From the IMG/VR virus record IMGVR_UViG_3300044632_001278: a stretch of 64,000 nt of DNA; one strand, written 5' to 3'. The notes beneath the pieces were generated by a model. The model did not search any database. It had not been told where the DNA came from and saw nothing but the letters and a program-made list of their open reading frames with translations. The position numbers and the translations under genes were made by a program. Below are positions 40,750-49,599 of the stretch, piece by piece; within the stretch, counting starts at the first letter, position 1; each line of letters opens with the position of its first letter. This DNA is from a virus.

Positions 40750-42890
40750 AAATTATACAAGTTAATTTAGGGTTATTGCCTATTCCGCCTAATGGATGGG
40801 GTGCAGTTGAAAAAATCATTTGGGATTATCATCAACTGTTAAACAAAAAGGGATTAGAATGTCAGATAAAGTATTTGAATGAAATTAAATATTCAGACGA
40901 TATAATCGTACATATACACGTAGCAAATCTGGCAAATGAATGTCATAAAAGAGGCATACCTTATATCTTTAGTTTACACGATCATCACGCTTATTTGTAT
41001 GGCAAAGATTCATCTGTATATAAAGAGAATTTACAAGCAATTGAAAATAGTGTAATATCCACTTGTCCTGCCAAATATTTGGTTGATTATTTCGGAAGTA
41101 AAAAATTACGTTATTTTTCCCACGCGGTAAATACCGATGTGTTTAAACATAAAAATAACAAAATTCCAGTAAATAAACTGTTGTGTGTTGCAAATAATGG
41201 TTATGCCAATAATCAATCATATGATAGAAAAGGATTCACATATGCGATTAAAGTGGCTAAAGAATTAGGATATCCAATTACTATTGCTGGACCATCTAAT
41301 AATAAAAAGTTCTTTGATATATTAGATGAAGAATTAAATCAGTATGATAAATTGACAAAAGTATTTGATTTAAATGAAGAATCGTTGATCGATTTATATA
41401 ATGACCATTCTATATTCATACACCCATCTGAATTGGAAGCAGGACATCCAAATCTAACGCTTTTAGAAGCAATGAGTTGTGGTTTACCTGTGGTAGGTAC
41501 GTTTGAGGAAAAATCATATAAAGGTATGGTTGTTGTTGAACGAAATGTAGAACAAATAAAATCCGCAATACAACAAATCACATCTGATTATAGTCGATAT
41601 CAAACCAAAGCTTTGGAGTGTGCTAAGGAAAATTCCTATTCCAACCGAGTAGACCAGTTAATCGATTTATATGATCAATATACTGAACGATTGTTTGCTA
41701 TTAAACACATCGATGTTTATGAAAATCTTAAAAAGAATGAAAAGAGTATTAAAACAAATGCGGTATTTAAATATTCATTCAATGATAATGCCAAGATTGA
41801 AGTGGATAACCCAGTAGACGTAGATCAAAGTTTCCACATAACATTCTATAATGGTGACGATAATAGTATTAAATATGAAACTGATTTAAAACATAATTGG
41901 TGGGGAAGTTGTAATTTTACATATTACATTCCCTATGAAATTCACATTAAAGATAATAAGACTAATGAATTGGTCGAAACATATAAGTTAAATTTAAAGA
42001 ATAAGAAAGTAGTAATTGAATATGAAAGTTACTCTTTAGGCGATCAATTGGCTTGGATGCCTATAATTGAACAGTTTAGAAAAAAACACGAATGTGATCT
42101 TTATGTCAAGTTACCTTTGAAAAATATTTTTGAAAACAAATACCCTTCAATTAAGTTTGTTCACAATAACAAACCTATTTCAGATGCATTTGCAACTTAT
42201 AAACTGGGATATTATGTAGACGAAAATGGATCTAACAATGATAGATGCAAAACAGATCCCAGAAAACAACCTCTACAAAAAATAGCAAGTGACTATTTAG
42301 GGTTACCATATGAACCAGAATTACCATTGCTTGACTTTGAAATCAAAGAAAGACCTCTAAAAAAGAGATACGTCACAATTGCAACACAAAGTACGTGTCA
42401 AGCCAAATATTGGAACAATAAAGGCGGATGGGAACGTGTTGTTGAATATATAAAATCAAAGGGATTTGAAGTAATATGCATAGATAAACACAAAACATTC
42501 GGAAATGGATCGGATTATATGAATAGTATGCCATCCAATGCTTTAGATTTTACAGGAGATAAACCACTGGTTGATCGTATGAATCAAATATATCACAGTG
42601 AGTTTTTTATAGGTTTACCATCAGGATTGTCTTGGTTAGCTTGGGCAGTTAAAAAACCAGTAGTATTAATTAGCGGGTTCTCATATCCATATACTGAATT
42701 TGATACTCCTTATAGAGTACAAAACCACTCGGTGTGTACAGGATGTTGGAATGATTCGCTATTTGACAAGGGAAATTGGAAGTGGTGTCCAAAATCTGAT
42801 AAGAGAGAAGAGTTTGAATGTACCAAACAAATAACTCCAAAAATGGTTATGGATACCATAGATCAACTATTAATAGAACAAAAAATTTAA
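40746..42890 (+). CDS. GT4 glycosyltransferase fused to a TibC/Aah-like autotransporter O-heptosyltransferase domain
   Basis: N-terminal PPNGWGAVE...HPSELEAG...LLEAMSCGLPV; C-terminal SLGDQLAW, QSTCQAKYWNN, FIGLPSGLSWLAW, LISGFS, VCTGCWND...WCP...FECTKQI. Confidence 0.88.
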   Translation: MKIIQVNLGLLPIPPNGWGAVEKIIWDYHQLLNKKGLECQIKYLNEIKYSDDIIVHIHVANLANECHKRGIPYIFSLHDHHAYLYGKDSSVYKENLQAIENSVISTCPAKYLVDYFGSKKLRYFSHAVNTDVFKHKNNKIPVNKLLCVANNGYANNQSYDRKGFTYAIKVAKELGYPITIAGPSNNKKFFDILDEELNQYDKLTKVFDLNEESLIDLYNDHSIFIHPSELEAGHPNLTLLEAMSCGLPVVGTFEEKSYKGMVVVERNVEQIKSAIQQITSDYSRYQTKALECAKENSYSNRVDQLIDLYDQYTERLFAIKHIDVYENLKKNEKSIKTNAVFKYSFNDNAKIEVDNPVDVDQSFHITFYNGDDNSIKYETDLKHNWWGSCNFTYYIPYEIHIKDNKTNELVETYKLNLKNKKVVIEYESYSLGDQLAWMPIIEQFRKKHECDLYVKLPLKNIFENKYPSIKFVHNNKPISDAFATYKLGYYVDENGSNNDRCKTDPRKQPLQKIASDYLGLPYEPELPLLDFEIKERPLKKRYVTIATQSTCQAKYWNNKGGWERVVEYIKSKGFEVICIDKHKTFGNGSDYMNSMPSNALDFTGDKPLVDRMNQIYHSEFFIGLPSGLSWLAWAVKKPVVLISGFSYPYTEFDTPYRVQNHSVCTGCWNDSLFDKGNWKWCPKSDKREEFECTKQITPKMVMDTIDQLLIEQKI

Positions 42891-42928
42891 AGTTATAATA
42901 AATAGTTAGTTCTTCGATTTTTCGGTTA

Positions 42929-42959
42929 TATTTATATTTTAAATATAACTTCGAAAGGA
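42929..42959 (+). promoter_or_regulatory. Putative late promoter TATTTATA and GAAAGGA ribosome-binding site for the sheath gene
   Basis: The same motif recurs upstream of many structural genes. Confidence 0.55.
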
Positions 42960-42969
42960 TATTAATATT

Positions 42970-45900
42970 ATGCCAATACAAGAAGGCGGTAGATTCGCCC
43001 CAACACAAAATATAGTAAGCCCAGGTGTATTCACACGTGAAAACGACCTCTCCGGTCTGGCTCAAGGAGTAGCAAACATTGGAGGAGCAATAGTAGCTCC
43101 ATTCGCTGATGGACCAGCGTTTTTTCCAAATACAATAACCGACGTAGCCGACTTGGAAACAAGATTTGGTGTCGCTGACGGTGTGTATTATGGACCATAC
43201 ACCGCCAAAGAATATCTACTACAACAAGGCATCGTTACCGTAGTTCGTGTAGGTGGTCTTACTGGTTACTGGCAGAAGAATCCATTGATTGTATATGCTC
43301 AACCAGGTATCTGGAACAGAAATGCTGATAAAGGTGCTATCACAACAGCTTCATTTATGTACATTGATACTACTAACTATGTATCAAACGTTAAGTATCA
43401 ACAAAGCAGTTCCGCAATCAACATTACAGGATCAGCTGAAATCAAGGGTTCAACTGGAAGTACAATAACCGGTTCAGCTACATTTTCTAGAGTAACTACA
43501 TCAGAAATTGCTTCTTTCTTAGCAAGTTTGGGTAGTTTGACAGGTGTAAATGCACTATCTGCTTCTTTGTCAACTTCATCCAGTTTGGGTAAAGTATTCA
43601 AAGTAACTTCTACTAGACACTATGAACTATTTAGTAGCTCAGTTGTAGCTAGAAACGGTAAAGTTGCAAAAGCAGGATCTTCAGTAGATCACGCTTTAGC
43701 CGCATTTGATTTTGAAAAATCACGTATAAGCGGTAGCGTTACTGTCGGTGGCGGTGGTTCAAGTAAGTACAAACTAACATTTGATAGTTCAAATAATAGT
43801 TACTTAACCGCCTCATTTACCGCACCAAATACATTTGGTTTGGTTTTTGCCAATTATGACGCAAATTCATCCTTCTCATTTGCAACTGCAAGTTTGAGTG
43901 GTGCTGGATTAAGTTCTTCGATTCAATTGGTACAACGCATTGATATCTCCAGAATGATTATTAGTGGATCATTAAACGTTAAGTTTGGATCTGCTGCAGC
44001 AACTAGTACTGTTACCGCAACAGACGTTGATGGAGTTGGATCATTGAGTGGTAGCATCTTGTATGCTGGTAAAGTAGTAGACATTGGTACAGTTTCATCA
44101 GGAATATTAGTACGTAAGTTTACAACCAGTACATTGGCAAACGGCAATGCAAAACCAGTTGGAACTTCATTCTTCTTGTTAACATCAAGTTTACAAGGTA
44201 CAAATATTGATAATGAAACCGCTGTAGCTACCGCATTCGACGAAAGTACAACAACCGTTGATCTAGTAAGTTCATCTTATTTCAATAGTACTATCGCTTA
44301 TAACCTAACCAACTTCAATGTTCAAGCAGGCACACCATTGACACTTGAAAGTGGTAGTTTCCATTCACTACGTGGTGTTGGAACTTGTGTAGCTGGTCTA
44401 CAAGTAAGAGGTGTGGTAAGTGGTTCCTTTGGTAAATATAATGGCGGATTCACAAATCAAGATAATCCAAGCGCAGATCAATGTAATCCAGTATTAACAG
44501 GTCGTCAAAAGATGATCTTGTCAGTATTGGCAAACACCCAAAATGCTTCATCACAATTCACCAGTGATTATCAAGTATTTGGTTTCAATACCTCAACATT
44601 GACTCAACTAACAAGTAGCACATTCCCATACAAGGGTGTAATTAATCCTAATGAAAATGTTTACAACTTGGCATTGAAGTATAGTTACACAAATCCAGCC
44701 GGTGGTACAAGTGCTGGTACATACGGTTACTACGACTTCAGTTTGAATGAAAACGACAATAATTACATCAAAGATGTATTTGGCGTAGACCCAACTGTTG
44801 GTAATCCTAACAAACAAATTGCTGGTCAAAAAGTTGAAGCTGCTTACAACTACGTACTATTCGAAGATAGCATCAAGAAGTTCGTAGCTGAAAAGACCAG
44901 CGCTTATGGTTGGAGACTACAAGTTGGTACAAGTAACCTATCAGGAAGTTCAATTGTTGGCGAACCTCTAAAGTTTGTTGATCAATATAGCACTGATTTG
45001 AATAACGGTGATAGTCAATTCAGTATCACCAATGCTTCTACTCCTTGGATCTACAGTCAAAAGATTGCTCCATTTAAAGGTAGCGCCGATGTAGCTGCTT
45101 TTCCAACCAAGTTCCAGTTGTTCAAGGTTCACACTTTGAGTGACGGTACATTGAGCAACACTAAGTTCAAGATTGAAATTAGTAATGTTAAGTTGGCAGG
45201 AACAGTTCCAGGTAGTGAATGGGGTAGTTTCACACTAGCAGTACGTGCTTATAGCGATACTGATAAGAAGCCAAAGTATTTGGAAATCTTCCAAAACTTG
45301 AATTTGGATCCAGAATCCGCAAATTATGTTGCTCGTAGAATTGGTAACAGATACGCATATATCACTTATGCTGGTAAGTTAATTCAATTTGGCGATTTCA
45401 ATAATTTGAGTAAGTATATCAGAATCGAAGCCAGTGACGTTTCTTACCCAGTAAGTTGCGTACCATACGGATTTGAATCATATAGTACTCCAATTGATAG
45501 TACCGCAAGCAACTATGTACCTGCTGTACAATACAGTAAAGCAAGTATCTATGGTCTCGGACCTGGTAAGTATCCATCTGGTACAGTATTCGGTAGTGTT
45601 CCAGGAACTGATACTGAAATCCAAGCACTATATCCAACATCTTCATTTGGTGTTGGTGTAGAAAATAACACTAAACAATACTTCAAGCCACTACCATATT
45701 ATGGTGCTTCAGATAGCAATGGTACAAACATTGACTTCGATCTAGAAGATAAAGTTTGGGGTACTACAAACAGTAAATTCTATGCTCAAGGTACATATGT
45801 AAGTACTGGTTCACTACTATCACCAACATTGAGTGGTAGTATCCCAAGTACATATGATGCTGTAAATGAATCTACATACGTTAAACTACGTAAGTTTATC

Positions 45901-46884
45901 GTAGGTTTCCAAGGTGGATTTGAAGGTCAATGGCCAGCAATTCCAATCAATGTAGGCAGTGACATTACCGCTGGTAATACACAAGGTCTAGATTGTACAA
46001 ATATCAATAGTCCAGGTAGTATCGCTTATAAGCAAGCAATTGCTGCAATCGGTAATCCAGATGAATTTGATATCAACTTGATCGTAACTCCAGGTATCTT
46101 CCGTGAACAACACAGTTACGTAACTGAACTAGTAATCGATATGTGCGAAACTCGTCAAGACTGTTTCTACATTATGGATAACGTAGTGTTCCCAGCAAGT
46201 AACCAAACTGTAGGATTGATTGATGCCGCAATTAACACTGTAGCTACAATTGATAGTAACTATGTAGGTACTTATTATCCTTGGGTTAAGATCCTAGATA
46301 CTAATACCAACAAGATTATTAGTGTTCCACCTTCAGTAGTGTTACCAGCAGTTTATGCTGCTAACGATAATGCTGCTGCTGAATGGTATGCTCCAGCCGG
46401 TCTAAACCGTGGTGGTATTCCAACCGCTGTACAAGTACTCGACAGAGTAACTCACAGTGAACGTGATGAACTATATGAAGGTCGTGTAAATCCAATCGCA
46501 GCATTCCCAGGCCAAGGCATTTGTGTATGGGGTCAAAAGACTCTACAAATTGCTCCAAGCGCTTTGGATCGCATCAATGTTCGCCGCTTGTTGATCAACT
46601 TGAAGAAGTTTATCGCAAGTTCAAGCAACTACTTGGTGTTTGAACAAAATGTTGCTTCTACACGTAACCGATTCTTGAGTATCGTAACACCATACTTGGA
46701 ATCAGTACAACAACGTAACGGTATCTACGCATTCCAAGTCAAGATGGATGCTGAAAACAATACTCCTGACTTGATTGATCGTAACATCCTCTACGGACAA
46801 ATCTATATCCAACCAACTAGAACCGCTGAGTTTATTATACTCGATTTTAATATACTCCCAACGGGCGCTCAATTTTCTGCCTAA
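42970..46884 (+). CDS. Contractile tail sheath protein (gp18-like), enlarged to 1304 aa
   Basis: SPGVFTRE; YYPWVK...PPS...WYAPAGLNRG...NPI...WGQKT...RINVRRL...PTRTAEFI. Confidence 0.95.
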   Translation: MPIQEGGRFAPTQNIVSPGVFTRENDLSGLAQGVANIGGAIVAPFADGPAFFPNTITDVADLETRFGVADGVYYGPYTAKEYLLQQGIVTVVRVGGLTGYWQKNPLIVYAQPGIWNRNADKGAITTASFMYIDTTNYVSNVKYQQSSSAINITGSAEIKGSTGSTITGSATFSRVTTSEIASFLASLGSLTGVNALSASLSTSSSLGKVFKVTSTRHYELFSSSVVARNGKVAKAGSSVDHALAAFDFEKSRISGSVTVGGGGSSKYKLTFDSSNNSYLTASFTAPNTFGLVFANYDANSSFSFATASLSGAGLSSSIQLVQRIDISRMIISGSLNVKFGSAAATSTVTATDVDGVGSLSGSILYAGKVVDIGTVSSGILVRKFTTSTLANGNAKPVGTSFFLLTSSLQGTNIDNETAVATAFDESTTTVDLVSSSYFNSTIAYNLTNFNVQAGTPLTLESGSFHSLRGVGTCVAGLQVRGVVSGSFGKYNGGFTNQDNPSADQCNPVLTGRQKMILSVLANTQNASSQFTSDYQVFGFNTSTLTQLTSSTFPYKGVINPNENVYNLALKYSYTNPAGGTSAGTYGYYDFSLNENDNNYIKDVFGVDPTVGNPNKQIAGQKVEAAYNYVLFEDSIKKFVAEKTSAYGWRLQVGTSNLSGSSIVGEPLKFVDQYSTDLNNGDSQFSITNASTPWIYSQKIAPFKGSADVAAFPTKFQLFKVHTLSDGTLSNTKFKIEISNVKLAGTVPGSEWGSFTLAVRAYSDTDKKPKYLEIFQNLNLDPESANYVARRIGNRYAYITYAGKLIQFGDFNNLSKYIRIEASDVSYPVSCVPYGFESYSTPIDSTASNYVPAVQYSKASIYGLGPGKYPSGTVFGSVPGTDTEIQALYPTSSFGVGVENNTKQYFKPLPYYGASDSNGTNIDFDLEDKVWGTTNSKFYAQGTYVSTGSLLSPTLSGSIPSTYDAVNESTYVKLRKFIVGFQGGFEGQWPAIPINVGSDITAGNTQGLDCTNINSPGSIAYKQAIAAIGNPDEFDINLIVTPGIFREQHSYVTELVIDMCETRQDCFYIMDNVVFPASNQTVGLIDAAINTVATIDSNYVGTYYPWVKILDTNTNKIISVPPSVVLPAVYAANDNAAAEWYAPAGLNRGGIPTAVQVLDRVTHSERDELYEGRVNPIAAFPGQGICVWGQKTLQIAPSALDRINVRRLLINLKKFIASSSNYLVFEQNVASTRNRFLSIVTPYLESVQQRNGIYAFQVKMDAENNTPDLIDRNILYGQIYIQPTRTAEFIILDFNILPTGAQFSA

Positions 46885-46908
46885 TCTAGGATAAAGAAAA
46901 TTAAACAG

Positions 46909-46938
46909 AACCCCGCTTAGAAATAAGCGGGGTTTTTT
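46909..46938 (+). terminator. Rho-independent terminator after the sheath gene
   Basis: AACCCCGCTTA-GAAA-TAAGCGGGGTT followed by a T run. Confidence 0.92.
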
Positions 46939-46961
46939 GTTTGATCTGTATATTTATATTT

Positions 46962-47252
46962 ATGATACTATTAACACGAATCGTTGAGGATTTAACTAAC
47001 CCACAAGTTAAAAACGCCGTAGATCCATCTCTTTTAAAGTTAATTGACAAGGTAATCGATGACACAAATGTTTTGGTAGTTAATAACTTAAAAATGGTAA
47101 AGGATATTTTATCAAAAGAACCAATTGATAAGGCTAGATTAGACGTTGCACTAAGCAATTATAAACGTTATTTTAATAGAGACAATGGCGGCACACCTGA
47201 AGTCATTCGTGGTATGACAATGCAAAATAAACTAGACGAGTTAGCAAAATGA
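46962..47252 (+). CDS. Small protein, putative head-packaged (probable start MILLTRIVE)
   Basis: ATG at 46962 lies 3 nt after TATTTATA; the track start at 46941 is a TTG. Confidence 0.65.
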   Translation: MILLTRIVEDLTNPQVKNAVDPSLLKLIDKVIDDTNVLVVNNLKMVKDILSKEPIDKARLDVALSNYKRYFNRDNGGTPEVIRGMTMQNKLDELAK

Positions 47253-47770
47253 TTAGTTTAACTGACATTTTAAATGAAGTTTTATCTGAGTCTGATCCAA
47301 AAGTTGGAACTGGTAAAAAGCCAAAAGGATCTGATAGACGATTATATACCGATGAAAATCCGAAGGATACGGTTAGAGTAAAATTTAAAACATCCCAAGA
47401 CATTAAAGATACACTAGCTAGTAGTGGTTTTAAATCAAAAAGTCACAAAAGACAATCTCAAATTATAAATCTTATACATCAGAGAGTTAGAGCAGCTTAT
47501 CAAAATGCTAAAGATCCAAATGTTAAAAGCAGATTGAAAAGTGCTTTAGACTATGCTATACAACGTAAAGAGGCCTCAAAAGCAAAAACAATAAAATTAA
47601 ATAAAGAAACATCCAATCCAGAATCTGGTAAATCATCTCCATATGGTTCTGGATATGGAGTGGTTGAAAATAATATAGAAGAGAAATGTTGGAAGGGATA
47701 TACGCAAAAAGGTATGAAAACATTGTTTGGTAAAAAATATCCCAACTGCGTTAAAAAAACAAACAAATAA
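47249..47770 (+). CDS. Basic protein, putative head-packaged, with a C-terminal CWKGY...PNCV module
   Basis: N-terminus MISLTDILNE; LYTDENPKDT core. Confidence 0.7.
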   Translation: MISLTDILNEVLSESDPKVGTGKKPKGSDRRLYTDENPKDTVRVKFKTSQDIKDTLASSGFKSKSHKRQSQIINLIHQRVRAAYQNAKDPNVKSRLKSALDYAIQRKEASKAKTIKLNKETSNPESGKSSPYGSGYGVVENNIEEKCWKGYTQKGMKTLFGKKYPNCVKKTNK

Positions 47771-47789
47771 TTTTATACCAATTATCAAA

Positions 47790-48563
47790 ATGATTAGTTT
47801 AAACGATTTATTATTAGAAGCCAAACTTCCTCAAAGCGAGCAAGATATGGATCTTTATGCTCGTAAATACAAGAAGACTATAGATTATTTACGTACCAAG
47901 AACAAAGTACTATTGTTAACTACCAGTAATAGATGGAGTGGTCACAAAGACGATATTGCTAAGAGTACACAATTAGCAATTAAAATGCAAGAATTATTAG
48001 GTAAAGAAAAAGTATCATTGATAGATACTACCAAATTAAATATAGTTCCGTGTGAGGGCAATGTATCGTCAAAATGGGGAAATCATTGTGGTACAAAAGA
48101 TTCATCTTTAAAAGATAAAGAAAAAAACCCAACAGGAGAACATCGTTGTTGGGCTAGTATTAATAATAAGAACGATGAATTATGGAAAGTAAGTAAAGAG
48201 CTATTTGAAAGTGATACCGTTTTATTTTTTGCTAGTGTGAGATGGGGTCAAGCCAATGGTTTTTATCAAAAATTGATCGAAAGATTGACTTGGATTGAAA
48301 ACAGACATTCTACGTTGGGAGAAAGTAATATTGTTAAAAATATTGATTCAGGATTCATTGCAACTGGACAAAATTGGAATGGCAAAGATGTTACACAAAC
48401 ACAAAAAGAAGTACTTCAGTTTTTTGGATTCAAAACACCAGACCAATTATTTTGGAATTGGCAATTTACTAATAATAGTTTAGACGAAACTAAGAGTTCT
48501 TACAAAAAAGCAATTACTGTATTTGATAAAACATTTTTAAAACCATATGATAAGACTAAATAA
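47790..48563 (+). CDS. Flavodoxin-fold flavoprotein (NADPH-dependent FMN reductase / iron-sulfur flavoprotein-like); probable start 47790
   Basis: KVLLLTTSNR...ST, LNIVPCEG, RCW...DEL, SDTVLFFASVRWG...KLIERL. Confidence 0.75.
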   Translation: MISLNDLLLEAKLPQSEQDMDLYARKYKKTIDYLRTKNKVLLLTTSNRWSGHKDDIAKSTQLAIKMQELLGKEKVSLIDTTKLNIVPCEGNVSSKWGNHCGTKDSSLKDKEKNPTGEHRCWASINNKNDELWKVSKELFESDTVLFFASVRWGQANGFYQKLIERLTWIENRHSTLGESNIVKNIDSGFIATGQNWNGKDVTQTQKEVLQFFGFKTPDQLFWNWQFTNNSLDETKSSYKKAITVFDKTFLKPYDKTK

Positions 48564-49581
48564 CATTTTAAGTGAGGTAATACAAGAAGGCGGCGCAGGT
48601 GGACATATGGCACATCCATTTGATTTTGTAAATACTGGCGCTAAATTGGTAGGTGTATTTGCGAAAGCAGTAAAGTCTCTGAAGCAAGGCGCCGGTAGTG
48701 TAAAGATTGACGGTGTTAATGCAAGTATCCGTATGATAAACAGCCAATTTGTAATGGATCGTGGATCAGCAAAACCACTTGATATTAAGGGCATGAGACC
48801 CGAAGATTTGCCAAATAGATTTGAACCAGGTCATGGATTTATTAATATTGGAACTAAAGTAATCAATATTTTCGATGAAGCGATTCCAAGTACCAAATCC
48901 GAATTAAAAAAGTTGGGCTTGTTGAACAATCCAAATATATTGTTTAATATTGAATATGTAGAAGGTACAACAAACGTAGTTGGTTATGGTGATATTGGAA
49001 ACTTTTTAGCAATTCATGGCTTAAAAGAGATCAAACCAAAGACATTTGGTAAGGATGGTAGTGTAAAATCCCGTGTTGCTGTTGAAATACCGTATGATAA
49101 AGCGGCAATGCAGTCCTACATCAATAAATTAAATAAGGTTGCAATGAAGTATGGATTCAAAGTACTAGGCAGCGTTGGTACATCATTTAAATCGGATCCA
49201 AATTTGGCCAAAGTATTGAGAGAACCAGTAACATTATATCCTACAGAAGTTGCTGAAACCAAGTCATTAAAAGACTGGTTAAAAAATGTAAAAATCGATC
49301 TTCCACTTATCACCCGTGAACAATTTATTAATGCTTCAAACAGCAAAAATATTACGCAAGATTTTGCCGGTCAAGACGTTCAAAAGATTATAAATGATAC
49401 CATTGTTTATTTAACCACTATCAAATTAGGAGATGAAGTATTAAAGAATGCTACTAGTGAGATTGGTGACTTAGATAAACATGAAGGAATCGTGGTTAGA
49501 GATCCAAATATTTATAACAATCCTTTCAAAATTACAGGAAGTTTTATTATAAAAGGTTTGGAAAGTAAGTTTAAGAAATAA
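48547..49581 (+). CDS. RNA/DNA-ligase-like nucleotidyltransferase-fold protein
   Basis: Motif I KIDG, III FNIEYV, IV HEGIVVR, V FKI, in the correct order. Confidence 0.55.
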   Translation: MIRLNNILSEVIQEGGAGGHMAHPFDFVNTGAKLVGVFAKAVKSLKQGAGSVKIDGVNASIRMINSQFVMDRGSAKPLDIKGMRPEDLPNRFEPGHGFINIGTKVINIFDEAIPSTKSELKKLGLLNNPNILFNIEYVEGTTNVVGYGDIGNFLAIHGLKEIKPKTFGKDGSVKSRVAVEIPYDKAAMQSYINKLNKVAMKYGFKVLGSVGTSFKSDPNLAKVLREPVTLYPTEVAETKSLKDWLKNVKIDLPLITREQFINASNSKNITQDFAGQDVQKIINDTIVYLTTIKLGDEVLKNATSEIGDLDKHEGIVVRDPNIYNNPFKITGSFIIKGLESKFKK

Positions 49582-49599
49582 AATAAATACATATTTGTT

